Source: Blastocatellia bacterium
GTDB taxonomy: Bacteria > Acidobacteriota > Blastocatellia > UBA7656
Direction: 5' to 3'
Assembly: GCA_963765495.1 (NCBI GenBank)
Contig: CAVXWP010000009.1
Location: forward strand, 544,001-608,000
Length of the DNA: 64,000 nt
Shown: positions 8,711-21,106 of the stretch, piece by piece
How positions within the stretch are numbered: position 1 is the first letter of the stretch
How the letters are laid out: each line of letters begins with the position of its first letter
Position numbers and translations under genes: made by a program
Notes under the pieces: generated by a model
Told to the model about the DNA's origin: nothing
Seen by the model: only the letters and a program-made list of their open reading frames with translations
Databases searched by the model: none

Positions 8711-11017
8711 ATGGAAACAGTAATAACACGAGACACGGATATATTGAGGGAATACCTGGCTGCGCTGGACGCACGCGAGCGAGGTCTTTCGCCTTTTGCC
8801 AAACTCGCCGCAACCGTAAAGCTTGCGCGGTTGCGCCGCGAGATGGATGCGGTTGCGCTTGAGGCTACCGACGAAGACGTAGCCATCCTGCGCCGTGAGG
8901 TCGCCGACCGCCTCAACCAGAGCTTTGTTCGACGCTTTGAAGCGAAACCCTGGGGAGCGCGTCTCTCTCTCTTTTTGATGATGGTACTCGGCCAGCAACT
9001 CGTTCTCGCTCTCGTATTGCTTGCGACGATGCTTTTCGTCCGGTTCGCGCCAGTCCCCGCCTGGTGGAATCCCAATCTGCCGCGCGAAGAGCCCGTCTTT
9101 CTTTATTTATTCATCTTCTTTTTCCTCTTCTCCACGCCAATGCTTGCGCTTATGGCGCTGTTCGGCGGAAGGTTTTTCCGCTCCTGGCGCAAGACTGTGC
9201 CTGCGACCATGGTCATACTTCTGATCTCGGTGATCGGGGTATTCATTACCGTGCGCGGCGAAAAGAACCCCGTGCAGCAGCCGGATTCTCTCGCGCTGTT
9301 TACAAAAGAGCGCGGGCTAAACGTTCCGAGTTACAACCAGTGGAAAGATGCTAACTGGCTGATGAATGACCCGAAGTTTCAGCGCGATTACGAGGCATTC
9401 CTGCGTAACGGGCCGGGCCGATGGATCACCTCCCGCTTTGATGCAAAAGAGGATCGGGCATGGAAAGACTCGCTGCCGGTGATGAATGAATATCTTGACG
9501 GGGGTCAGGATCCCGCAAGTTTTAGCGAGTGGCTGAAATATTATCTCGACCGCAACCGGATTTATTCAGAAGACCGCATAGATCAGGTGGCAGCCGAAAT
9601 CACAGGCCCCGCCAATCAGCGATTCCTGGGCATCTGGCAGACCGCGCCCTTTCTCAAAGAACGCGACGAGCGCATGTATCGCGCCTATATGGGCAGAATC
9701 AACCGTCGCATGAAGTTGTGGGGGCTGGTCAATCTGGGGCTGATGACACTTGCTTTTCTGTTGATATATCTGCTGGGCCCGGCGCTTTCGGCATGGGAGC
9801 GGATGGCCGTTCGCCTGAGAGTCAGGGTCAAATCCCAGCCCTCTTCGATGGAACCGGATTACCACGATGCGGGCGGAAGCGAAGGGCGCCTGTCCCGCCT
9901 CAAGGAGCAATATTATTCCTTCCCCGAGCGGCGAGAGATTACTACGCCCGCCTTCTTCGATACGCCCTTCAAACTGCTTGCCCGAGTCCACAGATCGTTT
10001 GTGGGGCTCGCCGTCTTTACAAGCATATTTGTGTTCTGCTTCTGGGGCGTAGTCTATGCCATAGACCTTGCGGCAGGCCACGAGAACGCGCCCTCGCAGA
10101 CCGCCTTGATGCGTTCACATCTGATATTTGGCGGTCCGGCCGATGCAGGCATCACAACCGATGATCAGATGGTGGCAGAGGCAAATGATCAGGTCGTCGA
10201 GCAGCATCTCGATTATGCTGCGCTGCCCGCGCAGCCGCCCAAAGGATTTGCGCCCGGCTCGCGCGAGGCCGCGCTTGCTGCGCGAGTCGTCGAGCTTGAA
10301 CTGTTGCTGGATGAAGCCAATTACCATACCAATAAGGAGTTCAAGCAGAAGGACGAGTTGATCGCGAGTCAACACAACGAGCTTGATCTGTTAAAGAACC
10401 TGACTACGCAGATTCAGCAGACGACATCCGCGCTGCCCGATCAGGTTGCGGATGTGAACTCTCGCATAGGCGCGGTCGAAGCTCGCGCGGGTCAGGCCGC
10501 AAGCGATGTGAGCGTAGCCAAACAACAGGCCGAAGCGATGAGGGATCAGCTTGGAGCAAAGATTGACGACGTAGAGAAACGCGCTGCCCGGGTGGCGGAT
10601 CAGATCGGCGAAGTGGAAGAGACCGCTTCGCAACTGGCTACCCGCACAGACGCGCTTGAAAAAGAGCTTGACGAACGCGCCCGCCAGATCGAAGCGCGCA
10701 CCGAAGAACTCGGCGAGCGCACGGCCTCGCTCAAAGAGCGAGAAGAGCACCTAAACCGTTTGCAGGGCATCGCCTTTGCCGCGATACTCGCAAACATAAA
10801 GACCGATGTCGAAGGGCTGGAACAACGCACGAGTTCCACCTTTTACCGCCTGTTTAACAAGGGCGAGGCGCGCCGCGATGCCGAAGCTCTCAGCCAGCGC
10901 ATCTCTTCGCTTAAGACCCGGCTGCGCGAGATGAACAGCGAGCAGGCCAATGAGTTGACCCGTCAACTCGAAGAGTACGGCAAACGGATAGATGCTATAA
11001 GTGAGCGCATCAAGTAA
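8711..11017 (+). CDS. Hypothetical multi-pass membrane protein with long C-terminal coiled coil
   Basis: 768 aa; about 5 hydrophobic segments; heptad-rich C-terminal third. Confidence 0.75.
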   Translation: METVITRDTDILREYLAALDARERGLSPFAKLAATVKLARLRREMDAVALEATDEDVAILRREVADRLNQSFVRRFEAKPWGARLSLFLMMVLGQQLVLALVLLATMLFVRFAPVPAWWNPNLPREEPVFLYLFIFFFLFSTPMLALMALFGGRFFRSWRKTVPATMVILLISVIGVFITVRGEKNPVQQPDSLALFTKERGLNVPSYNQWKDANWLMNDPKFQRDYEAFLRNGPGRWITSRFDAKEDRAWKDSLPVMNEYLDGGQDPASFSEWLKYYLDRNRIYSEDRIDQVAAEITGPANQRFLGIWQTAPFLKERDERMYRAYMGRINRRMKLWGLVNLGLMTLAFLLIYLLGPALSAWERMAVRLRVRVKSQPSSMEPDYHDAGGSEGRLSRLKEQYYSFPERREITTPAFFDTPFKLLARVHRSFVGLAVFTSIFVFCFWGVVYAIDLAAGHENAPSQTALMRSHLIFGGPADAGITTDDQMVAEANDQVVEQHLDYAALPAQPPKGFAPGSREAALAARVVELELLLDEANYHTNKEFKQKDELIASQHNELDLLKNLTTQIQQTTSALPDQVADVNSRIGAVEARAGQAASDVSVAKQQAEAMRDQLGAKIDDVEKRAARVADQIGEVEETASQLATRTDALEKELDERARQIEARTEELGERTASLKEREEHLNRLQGIAFAAILANIKTDVEGLEQRTSSTFYRLFNKGEARRDAEALSQRISSLKTRLREMNSEQANELTRQLEEYGKRIDAISERIK

Positions 11018-11099
11018 ATTCACAAAAGACCGGGAGTAATTTGCCTATCATATCTCTCACCTTCTTCCGCGGAGATCTTTCGCCTTCGCCTCTCTTTTC

Positions 11100-12698
11100 G
11101 TGGATCGAATGATGCAAGCCGACGAAGAAGCCATTTCAACCTCTCCCCCTATTGTGCAGCGGTCGGCCCCTTACCGTCTGCTCACGCTCAAGCCGGTTGA
11201 GATCATCGCAGGACTATTCCTGATACTGGCCGTGATGGTTTGGATAGAGTTTTCAGGCAAAGCCATACTTGATAACGACGGCTATTATCACATCCGATGG
11301 AGCAGGATGATAGCCGACTCCTCGCCGCACCTTCCCGCCTTCCGGGCGTTGCCGCTTACCACGCTCAACGAGCGCGATTACGTTGACCATCATTATCTGT
11401 TTCACGTCCTTCTCACTCCCTTCACTTTCGGCGATATGCGAACGGGAGCAAAACTTGCGGCTGCTCTTTTCGCAAGTCTCGGGATTTGCTCTTTATTCGC
11501 CCTGATGGTCTTCTATCGCCTGCCATACAGATGGTTGTGGCTTGCGCCGCTTGTGGCAAGCTCCGAGCCCTTTCTCTACCGCATGGCGATGACCAGAGCG
11601 CCAAGCCTCTCGATATTGATGCTTGGCATCGGCGCGTACCTTATCTTAAAGCGCAAGCTACTGTGGCTTGCCGTGCTCTCATTTGCGTTTGTATGGCTAT
11701 ACAGCCTGTTTCCTCTGATCCTCGCTTTCGCCGCAGCGCATATGATTACGGTCTATCTGGCCGAACAACGATTGGAGTTCGGCGCTGTCGGGGCTGCGGC
11801 TGCGGGTATAGTCGCGGGCCTTGTCATCAACCCATACTTCCCAAAAAACCTCGGTCTGTTTTGGGAGCACGTATTGATGAAGGCCGTGAGCGATTACTCG
11901 GTTGACGTAGGCGTGGAGTGGTACCCTTACGAAAGCTGGGTACTGATCGGAGGCAGCGCCGTGGCGTTTGCCATCTTTTTTGTCGCGCTTATGGCTTTCG
12001 ATTTCCGCGACCGCAAACGCGATCTCAAGCCGATGTTTTTCCTGCTGGTCTCGACCATGCTTCTGCTGATGGCCTTCAAATCTCGGCGCTTTATCGAATA
12101 CTTTCCGCCGTTTGCCGTAATCTTCGGAGCCTTCACAATCAGCCCGAGACTCAAGCGATTAGACTTCTCGCGGCTTGCAGGGACATTTGACCGATTGATC
12201 GCTTCTCTTGCGGCGGCGGCGGTAACAGTAACTTTGATCGCTGCTATGGCCTTGACCATCTGGCAGGCGCATCGAGACGTGAAAGCCGAAAATGATCCAT
12301 TTGCCTACAAGGGCGCAAGCGAATGGCTCGCGGCCAACACACCCTCCGGCTCGATGGTGTTCAATACGGACTGGGATGATTTTCCCATGCTCTTTTATTA
12401 CGACCCGAACAACACCTATGTGGTCGGCCTCGACCCGACCTATCTGTACGACCGCAATCACAGGCTTTGGGACCTCTACGCGCGCATAACGCTTGGGAAG
12501 GAGAGCAATCCGGCTCCGCTCATACGCGACCGCTTCAACGCGGAATACGTCTTTACGGATAACTATCACACGGCCTTTTTGCGAATAGCCGACGAAAGCG
12601 GCGATTTCGATACCGTCTATAAAGACGCAAACACAACGGTTCTCAAACTCCGCTCCGAGCTACATAACCCTTTCCACGAAGATACAGACGAGCAGTGA
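11100..12698 (+). CDS. GT-C-fold glycosyltransferase-like membrane protein
   Basis: Many TM helices, DNDGYYH in first loop, SRRFIEYF, soluble C-terminal domain with NTDWDDFP. Confidence 0.65.
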   Translation: MDRMMQADEEAISTSPPIVQRSAPYRLLTLKPVEIIAGLFLILAVMVWIEFSGKAILDNDGYYHIRWSRMIADSSPHLPAFRALPLTTLNERDYVDHHYLFHVLLTPFTFGDMRTGAKLAAALFASLGICSLFALMVFYRLPYRWLWLAPLVASSEPFLYRMAMTRAPSLSILMLGIGAYLILKRKLLWLAVLSFAFVWLYSLFPLILAFAAAHMITVYLAEQRLEFGAVGAAAAGIVAGLVINPYFPKNLGLFWEHVLMKAVSDYSVDVGVEWYPYESWVLIGGSAVAFAIFFVALMAFDFRDRKRDLKPMFFLLVSTMLLLMAFKSRRFIEYFPPFAVIFGAFTISPRLKRLDFSRLAGTFDRLIASLAAAAVTVTLIAAMALTIWQAHRDVKAENDPFAYKGASEWLAANTPSGSMVFNTDWDDFPMLFYYDPNNTYVVGLDPTYLYDRNHRLWDLYARITLGKESNPAPLIRDRFNAEYVFTDNYHTAFLRIADESGDFDTVYKDANTTVLKLRSELHNPFHEDTDEQ

Positions 12699-12728
12699 AT
12701 CCTGTCAAAAAATCCGTGTCTTCTTTAG

Positions 12729-12744
12729 CGGCACAATCATTGCC
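12729..12744 (+). promoter_or_regulatory. Putative sigma-54 promoter for the TPR gene
   Basis: cGGCACaatcaTTGCc, exact GG-N10-GC spacing, about 110 nt upstream of ATG 12854. Confidence 0.55.
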
Positions 12745-12853
12745 TTATTCAAACAATGTGCACGCAATCGTCGCACGATGTACGGGAACGATGCTGGAAA
12801 GCATACACGAAGACCCGGTTTGATACGAGAAAGCAGGGGAGGAAGGGGAGATC

Positions 12854-13657
12854 ATGAAAAGCGTTTTATTGGCAGGAAAGAGAATGGCGGCTGCATTGGT
12901 AGGATTATCTCTGGTTGCCGCTTTTGCGCTGGCACAGACAGCAGCCCAATCGGGCGAGCAAGAAAAGATTTTTCAAGAAAAGATTTTCGAGCGCGCCCGG
13001 CAAATGATGGATCAAGGCGACCTGGATAATGCAATCACCGAATACCAAAAAGCCATACGCGCCGCTAATGGTAATTACCCGGAAGCGCATAATAATTTGG
13101 GAATGACATACGGATTGAACGGAGACGCCGAATCGGCCATACGCGAAATCAAAATCGCAATAAAGCAGAGCGAAGGAATTTATCCCGAAGCGTTTTATAA
13201 TCTGGGAGTCGCCTACAGCATGACCGGAAATCTTGAGAATGCCGAGGGCGCATTCCGCACCGCAGCCGATCAAAAACCCGGCGATTTCCCCGAAGCTCAC
13301 GACAATCTCGGAATCATCCTCGCCCGTAAAGGCGATAAGCAGCGTGCAATGACCGAGTTCAAAATAGCGATAGAACAGGCCGGTGGTGAATACCCCGAAG
13401 CGCATTACAATCTCGGCATATTATATTTCGGCCTCGGCAAATTCGAAGTCGCGGTCGCTGAATTCAAAGACGCGGTCACACAGGGCGGCGAATTTCCCGA
13501 AGCGCATTATAACCTCGCCGTAGCTCTTGATAAGATCGGCCAGAAAGAAGACGCGGCTCGCGAATTTGAAGAGTATCTTCAAAAGGCCGTGAATCCAAAA
13601 GACCGCGAAGAAGTCCGCACGCGAATATCGAACCTGCGTCAGGCTTCATTAAAGTAA
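12854..13657 (+). CDS. Exported tetratricopeptide repeat protein
   Basis: Signal peptide, five (Y/F)PEA(H/F)xNL repeats. Confidence 0.9.
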   Translation: MKSVLLAGKRMAAALVGLSLVAAFALAQTAAQSGEQEKIFQEKIFERARQMMDQGDLDNAITEYQKAIRAANGNYPEAHNNLGMTYGLNGDAESAIREIKIAIKQSEGIYPEAFYNLGVAYSMTGNLENAEGAFRTAADQKPGDFPEAHDNLGIILARKGDKQRAMTEFKIAIEQAGGEYPEAHYNLGILYFGLGKFEVAVAEFKDAVTQGGEFPEAHYNLAVALDKIGQKEDAAREFEEYLQKAVNPKDREEVRTRISNLRQASLK

Positions 13658-13662
13658 TAATG

Positions 13663-13750
13663 TTTTAGCCAGGAGCAGCAAGATTCGCGGGGGATTGAAC
13701 AAGATTACTAATCGTGTAAATCCTCCGCCAATCCTGCTAATCCTGTAAAC
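13663..13750. repeat. Inverted nonamer-type array, CAGGATT/AATCCTG family (degenerate)
   Basis: caagatt/gggatt/caagatt units facing aatcgtg/aatcctc/aatcctg/aatcctg units. Confidence 0.65.
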
Positions 13751-13817
13751 CGCTTCTCTGCCCCGCCCGCTCGATGTTAAAATCCCTCTCTAAAATTCAA
13801 TTCAATATCGAGGTCTT

Positions 13818-15179
13818 ATGAACTACGCAGAAAATATACTGGGGCTTATTGGGAACACGCCTCTGGTAAAACTCAACAAATTGACCAAAGGAATACGGGC
13901 AACGGTGCTTGCGAAGATGGAATCGCTCAATCCGGGCGGGTCGGTCAAGGATCGCATAGGGATTTCAATGATCGATGCCGCAGAACGAGACGGGCGCATC
14001 AAACCGGGCGGGACCGTGATTGAGGCTACGAGCGGCAACACAGGCATAGGCATTGCGCTCGTATGCGCGGTTCGCGGATACCGCGCCGTGTTTGTGATGA
14101 CAGACAAATGCTCGGTCGAAAAGGTGCGATACCTCAAGGCGCTGGGCGCGGACGTAGTCGTAGTGCCTGTTTCGGCAAAGCCCGATTCGCCGGATCACTA
14201 TGTAAACACTGCGCGCCGTATAGCAAGCGAAACGCCTAATTCGATCTTCATTTTTCAATACGGCAATCCTGCAAACCCCGAAGCCCATTACTTGACGACG
14301 GGGCCTGAAATCTGGGAGCAGACCGAAGGACGCATCACGCATTTCGTGGCCGGCGTAGGCACGGGCGGGACCATAAGCGGGACGGGGCGCTACCTTAAAG
14401 AAAAAAACTCCGATATACAGATCATCGGCGCTGACCCGTACGGGTCGGTCTTTAAGACATACAAAGAGACAAACAAACTGATGGAGGCGACCCCTTATCT
14501 GGTCGAAGGAATAGGCCAGGAGATCATCCCGGAAAACGTTCACATGAAATACATCGACGAGATCATCAACGTCACCGATCGCGACTCGTTTCAGATGGCT
14601 CGTCGCCTCGGGCGCGAGGAAGGCATTTTCTGCGGAGGCTCTACGGGAACTATTGCCGTAGCCGCGCTTCAGGTTGCCCGCGATCTCGGCAAAGACGGCG
14701 TGGTCGTCTTTATCGTGTGTGATACGGGCGAACGGTATCTGTCGAAATTCCTCTCCGACGAGTGGATGAAGGAAAAACGCATGCTCGGCGTTGAAAAGAT
14801 CACCATAGGGATGCTGAATCAGTTTAAGCCCGATGAAGAGACTCCGCGTCTGGTTGCGGTCAGGCCCGATCAGCCGGTAGGCGAGGCGCTCCAGATGATG
14901 AACAGCCACGGGCTCTCGCAAATGCCCGTGATCGAAGAAGGCAAGTCGGTCGGCAGCGTCCGCGAAGGCCGCGTGATGGGAAAACTCCTGGCAAACCGCG
15001 ACCTTGTGAACTCGCCCGTATCCGAAATCATGGACAAGACATTCCCGGTGCTCAACGAAGATGTAAGCTTAGAGACGGCCATGAAATATCTGAAGACCTC
15101 GCCCGCCATTCTGGTCGAGGAGTACGGCCGGATAGTCGGCGTAATAACTCGCCACGATGTGCTGGACGTTCATCCTTGA
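13818..15179 (+). CDS. cbs: Cystathionine beta-synthase with C-terminal CBS domain pair
   Basis: [10 protein letters not shown] (PLP Lys), TSGNTG, GTGGT, YLVEGIG, then two CBS domains. Confidence 0.9.
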   Translation: MNYAENILGLIGNTPLVKLNKLTKGIRATVLAKMESLNPGGSVKDRIGISMIDAAERDGRIKPGGTVIEATSGNTGIGIALVCAVRGYRAVFVMTDKCSVEKVRYLKALGADVVVVPVSAKPDSPDHYVNTARRIASETPNSIFIFQYGNPANPEAHYLTTGPEIWEQTEGRITHFVAGVGTGGTISGTGRYLKEKNSDIQIIGADPYGSVFKTYKETNKLMEATPYLVEGIGQEIIPENVHMKYIDEIINVTDRDSFQMARRLGREEGIFCGGSTGTIAVAALQVARDLGKDGVVVFIVCDTGERYLSKFLSDEWMKEKRMLGVEKITIGMLNQFKPDEETPRLVAVRPDQPVGEALQMMNSHGLSQMPVIEEGKSVGSVREGRVMGKLLANRDLVNSPVSEIMDKTFPVLNEDVSLETAMKYLKTSPAILVEEYGRIVGVITRHDVLDVHP

Positions 15180-15207
15180 GCGAATTGAAACTATAGGCCA
15201 TTTAGGT

Positions 15208-15250
15208 CTGGCGTACTTTGTGAGCGCTTATTTCTCGCAAAGTACGCCAG
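15208..15250. terminator. Bidirectional terminator between cbs and the cupin gene
   Basis: ctggcgtactttgtgag ... ctcgcaaagtacgccag stem followed by gattttt. Confidence 0.7.
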
Positions 15251-15286
15251 GATTTTTCACCAGCCAGTCAGTGATTCCCTGCCATC

Positions 15287-15628
15287 TCAATCTTCATCGC
15301 GTCCGTGAACCTGCGCGGGCGGGCTTGTAGCTTCGACCGCCGTGAACGGCTCAAGTATCTTGTAGGTATGTTTTGCGCCCGCAGGCACGAGCCATGAATC
15401 GCCCGCTTCGAGCAATATCATCTGCCCTTCCAGATGCAGTTCGGCGCGGCCCTTGATGACATAACCCACGGTCTCGTAATCATTCGTAGACTCGGGCTTG
15501 TCCTCGATTGGCTGCTCCTTTTCCCATAACCGCATAGAGACTTTTATGCCTGACACGAGGTATTTTTGACCCTCATGTCCTTTTGGGGAAGACTTGGATT
15601 GAACCTTCTTTACGCTTGTATCACCCAT
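15287..15628 (-). CDS. Cupin domain protein
   Basis: YETVGYVIKG...GDSWLVPAGAKHTY; AAGGAGA RBS before ATG 15628 (track start 15688 is too far upstream). Confidence 0.88.
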   Translation of the reverse strand: MGDTSVKKVQSKSSPKGHEGQKYLVSGIKVSMRLWEKEQPIEDKPESTNDYETVGYVIKGRAELHLEGQMILLEAGDSWLVPAGAKHTYKILEPFTAVEATSPPAQVHGRDED

Positions 15629-15694
15629 TTGAATCTCCTTCCTGTCTGCTTTCAATACTGGATTTGCGATCACACCGATCCATCTCATCAGAGG

Positions 15695-15710
15695 TGCAAG
15701 CCCCGTACCA
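15695..15710 (-). promoter_or_regulatory. Putative sigma-54 promoter for the cupin gene
   Basis: Minus strand TGGTACggggcTTGCA, GG-N10-GC spacing. Confidence 0.6.
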
Positions 15711-15760
15711 GTAATGAAGCGTTATTGTGTTAAGATATGCTGCCCGCGAGAGATTCGAAT

Positions 15761-15949
15761 ATGGATAAAAATCACATCAACACGACAAACGGCAAGAACA
15801 GACGGTCAGGCAAAGACCGTCGCGAAGGAGACCGTCGAGAACCGGAACGCCAGACCGAAACCGGCGTTTTCAGCACGCGAAAAGGCGAGCGCCGACGTAA
15901 CGCCCGCCGCTCCGAAGATCGCAAAGAGAAAGAGAAGAGCGAAGATTGA
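15761..15949 (+). CDS. Small Arg/Asp/Glu-rich hypothetical protein (62 aa)
   Basis: MDKNH...RRSGKDRREGDRRE...ERRRNARRSEDRK; fills the intergenic gap and is followed by a hairpin. Confidence 0.5.
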   Translation: MDKNHINTTNGKNRRSGKDRREGDRREPERQTETGVFSTRKGERRRNARRSEDRKEKEKSED

Positions 15950-15972
15950 CGGGTCAATCTTCGCTGATGCAA

Positions 15973-16019
15973 AGAGGCGCATAGCTCACAGGATTAAAAC
16001 CTTGAGTTATGCGCCTCTT
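15973..16019. terminator. Terminator hairpin downstream of ahcY
   Basis: aagaggcgcatagctca ... tgagttatgcgcctctt. Confidence 0.7.
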
Positions 16020-16057
16020 GCGATTGAAATAATTTTGTTCCGGTCGGCGAAAACAGG

Positions 16058-17341
<1,284 letters not shown>

Positions 17342-17359
17342 TCATTCTCCATCTTTCTT

Positions 17360-17481
17360 AGGGATGAGGGATGAGGGATGAAAAGGACTGTAGGGGATGA
17401 TTCAGATAACAGGTCAAACCAATTTATCAGAACCTGTCAATAAACTCTTTTTCATCCCTCATCCCTCATCCCTCATCCCTT
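17360..17481. repeat. Inverted heptamer array, GGGATGA family
   Basis: (GGGATGA)3 facing (TCATCCC)4 between the metK stop and the ahcY RBS. Confidence 0.92.
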
Positions 17482-18633
<1,152 letters not shown>

Positions 18634-18718
18634 TAACTCTAGCCTCCTAATTCGGTAATATGCCTGTGGCAAGTCTGGCTCTGACAGAGAGCATAAAGGC
18701 TTGCTCCAAAAACACGAC

Positions 18719-18747
18719 AATCTAACAGACGGGATGTCGTGCGTCAA
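18719..18747 (-). promoter_or_regulatory. Sigma-70 promoter of metK-ahcY
   Basis: TTGACG-17 nt-TAGATT with TGn extension. Confidence 0.65.
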
Positions 18748-18787
18748 GGTAAGCGCCCGGGCCGCGCTGCTTGTCGCGGTTGAACTC

Positions 18788-19008
18788 CAGGGCCATTCAG
18801 TTTTCCAAAATGTAGAACTGGAAAATTGAAATAGGCCGCGGATGACGCGGATTGGGCGGATTAGCGCGGATTAGATCATAAAGAGTCAGATCCGCGTAGA
18901 TCCGCCGCATCCGCGGCCGTCCCGGCCTATTCCCACTCACCTTTCATTCGAATTAACCTTCATTTTTTTGTCGCATACAGTCCGCAAGTTAAAAACTGAA
19001 TGGCCCTA
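18788..19008. mobile_element. MITE, 221 bp, ISAs1-like ends
   Basis: TIRs (c)agggccattcagtttt / aaaactgaatggccct(a); 9-bp direct repeat gttgaactc at 18779-18787 and 19009-19017. Confidence 0.8.
18828..18932. repeat. Inverted nonamer array, CGCGGAT family, nested in the MITE
   Basis: aataggccgcggatgacgcggattgggcggattagcgcggatt ... atccgcgtagatccgccgcatccgcggccgtcccggcctatt. Confidence 0.85.
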
Positions 19009-19100
19009 GTTGAACTCGACTTTGCTTAAGGGCTATCATTCCTTCGAGAGTCTGTCAGCATCGCTGCTTTTACCAGAGCGACAACACCAGAGGGGAGATT

Positions 19101-19925
19101 ATGAGCAACTATATCGTCTTCGCCGGAGTAGCGCCGCACCCGCCTCTTCTCGTTCCCGAAGTCGGCAAAAGCCGCATAGCGCAGGTGGCGGATTCAAAGC
19201 GGGCGCTCGGCGAGTTTTCGCGCCGCCTGGTCGAGACTTCGCCCGATACGGTTGTCGTCATCTCTCCGCATTCGCCGCTCGATCCCAGCTTCTTTACTGC
19301 GCGCTCAACGCCCGAATTGCGAGGCGATTTTCGCGAATTTCTTGCGCCGGATGTCAGGCTCCGGTTTACCAACGACCTCGCCCTCCTGGACCGTATAGCG
19401 GAAGCGGCCGAGGATGAAGGCCCGGGTTTGCGAAAGCTGGCAAAAGATTATCCGCTGGATCACGGCGCGATGGTTCCGCTTTACTATTTGCGCGAGGCCG
19501 GATGGGATGGTCCCGTCGTCGTTCTGGGATTCACTCATCAATCAATCGAAAAACATCTGGCCTTTGGCCGCGCCATCGAACGAGCAGCGCGCGCCGAAGA
19601 CAAGCGTATAGCCGTCGTGGCGAGCGGCGATCTGAGCCATCGCCTGATCGTAGACGGCCCTTACGAATTCGAACCTACGGCGCACCTGTTTGACGAGCAG
19701 ATCGTAGACGCTATAGCGACGGGCCGCGCAAGACGTGTAATCGAGATAGACCCCGATCTGAGAGCCCGCGCGGGCGAATGCGGATACAGATCTATAATCA
19801 TAGCTCTCGGAAGCGTTGCCGAAGATTTGCGCGATCACCAGGTGCTCAGCTACGAGGGGCCGTTCGGAGTCGGCTATATGGTAGCCGTGCTGATTGATGC
19901 CAACCGCTCAAATAGCGATACGTGA
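19101..19925 (+). CDS. amrB: AmmeMemoRadiSam system protein B (Memo/LigB-like)
   Basis: APHPP, ISPH, LDHG, ASGDLSH, AGECG, SYEGPFGVGY motifs. Confidence 0.85.
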   Translation: MSNYIVFAGVAPHPPLLVPEVGKSRIAQVADSKRALGEFSRRLVETSPDTVVVISPHSPLDPSFFTARSTPELRGDFREFLAPDVRLRFTNDLALLDRIAEAAEDEGPGLRKLAKDYPLDHGAMVPLYYLREAGWDGPVVVLGFTHQSIEKHLAFGRAIERAARAEDKRIAVVASGDLSHRLIVDGPYEFEPTAHLFDEQIVDAIATGRARRVIEIDPDLRARAGECGYRSIIIALGSVAEDLRDHQVLSYEGPFGVGYMVAVLIDANRSNSDT

Positions 19926-19930
19926 AAAGA

Positions 19931-19990
19931 CTTAGACAGGATTTTTACTGATCTTCAGCAATCATGTGAATCATGTAAATCCTGTCTAAG
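19931..19990. repeat. Inverted array, CAGGATT/AATCCTG family
   Basis: cttagacaggattt ... aaatcctgtctaag with internal 9-nt periodic aatcatgtg units. Confidence 0.8.
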
Positions 19991-20005
19991 ATTTCGATTC
20001 TACAT

Positions 20006-20545
20006 ATGCAAAATCCAGCCGACAGCATCTCACCACAGGAACTTGCTCGCAGGGCAATCGAGGTTTTTGTGCGCGAAGGCAGGATTTTAGATACTCCAGC
20101 CAATCTCGAAGGGATGCTGGCCGAACGGGCCGGGGCTTTCGTGACTCTGCGCTTGAAGGATGGCTCTCTGCGTGGCTGCATAGGCACTATCGAGCCTGCA
20201 TACGGGAATCTGGCCGAGGAGATAATTCAGAATGCGGTCAGCGCAGCCACACGCGATCCGCGATTCCCACCCGTCGGGACTGATGAGCTCGAGGGACTGA
20301 CTTATGGCGTGGATGTGCTCGCGCCGCCCGAAGATGCGCGCGGGCCGCAAGACCTCGATCCCGCTCGCCTCGGGGTCATCATTGAAACGATGGATGCAAG
20401 CCGACGGGCACTGCTTCTTCCCGGCATCGAAGGTATAGAAACAGTCGAACAGCAGTGGCGCGCCGTTCACATAAAGGCAGGCATCCAGCCGGGTACACCC
20501 GTAAAGGTGAAACGTTTCACCGTCACGCGTTTCGGCAAAGATTGA
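20006..20545 (+). CDS. amrA: AmmeMemoRadiSam system protein A (AMMECR1 family)
   Basis: GAFVTL, LRGCIG, AATRDPRF, LLLP motifs. Confidence 0.92.
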   Translation: MQNPADSISPQELARRAIEVFVREGRILDTPANLEGMLAERAGAFVTLRLKDGSLRGCIGTIEPAYGNLAEEIIQNAVSAATRDPRFPPVGTDELEGLTYGVDVLAPPEDARGPQDLDPARLGVIIETMDASRRALLLPGIEGIETVEQQWRAVHIKAGIQPGTPVKVKRFTVTRFGKD

Positions 20546-21106
20546 TCAGGCAATATCGTGATAATCCATCTGTCGGCGTATGCGTTCTTTCGCCTCAGGA
20601 CCCGCCAGCTTCTCGCAAAGATACAATCCCAGATCAATCGCCGAGGTGACGCCTCTGGCCGTAATGAGGTCGCCTTCGTCAACTACTCTCTGATCGAGTA
20701 CCTCGGAAGCGTAACGCTCAAGATCACCGAAGGCGCTCGGATGAGTCGTCGCCCGCCTCCCTCTCAAGAAACCTGCGGCCCCAAGCAGCAGAGAGCCGGT
20801 ACAGACCGAGACTTTAAGCCTGCACGGCGCGGCGGTCTTCAGCCACTCGATGAAATCCGAATCCTTCACAAGCTCTCTTGAAGCAAGCCCGCCCGGAACG
20901 ACCACCATGTCGTAATCCGCGAGCGAGCAGGCGACCGTGTCAGGTGTGAAGCGAAGCCCGCTACCCTCAACCGTTTCCGTATAAGCGCAAATATCCCATT
21001 CGAGATCAGGGATAAAGCCCATCGTCTTGAGTCGAATCAGCGGATCATAGACGCCTACGAAATCGAGCGCCGTCATCCCCGTATAGATTATGAATGAAAT
21101 CTTCAT
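20546..21106 (-). CDS. DJ-1/PfpI family protein
   Basis: VVPGG, SVCTGSLLLG, RATTH, TARGVTSAID; ATG 21106 is more plausible than track start 21184. Confidence 0.9.
   Translation of the reverse strand: MKISFIIYTGMTALDFVGVYDPLIRLKTMGFIPDLEWDICAYTETVEGSGLRFTPDTVACSLADYDMVVVPGGLASRELVKDSDFIEWLKTAAPCRLKVSVCTGSLLLGAAGFLRGRRATTHPSAFGDLERYASEVLDQRVVDEGDLITARGVTSAIDLGLYLCEKLAGPEAKERIRRQMDYHDIA

Noticed and set aside
13965-14921. Long antisense or shadow ORFs (also 17746-18606, 37003-37890, 44541-45338, 55572-56570)
   Set aside because: They overlap well-supported genes on the other strand, show no motifs and are expected in GC-rich DNA.
18634-18715. SAM or SAH riboswitch upstream of metK-ahcY
   Set aside because: The leader is only about 80 nt and I see no SAM-I, SAM-II or SAH consensus, only a small generic stem.
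18634-18747. Extended metK N-terminus in the ORF track (similarly DJ-1 21184, ABC 28971, response regulator 61962)
   Set aside because: Downstream starts match family N-termini or RBS sites; the extensions run through promoters or repeat elements.
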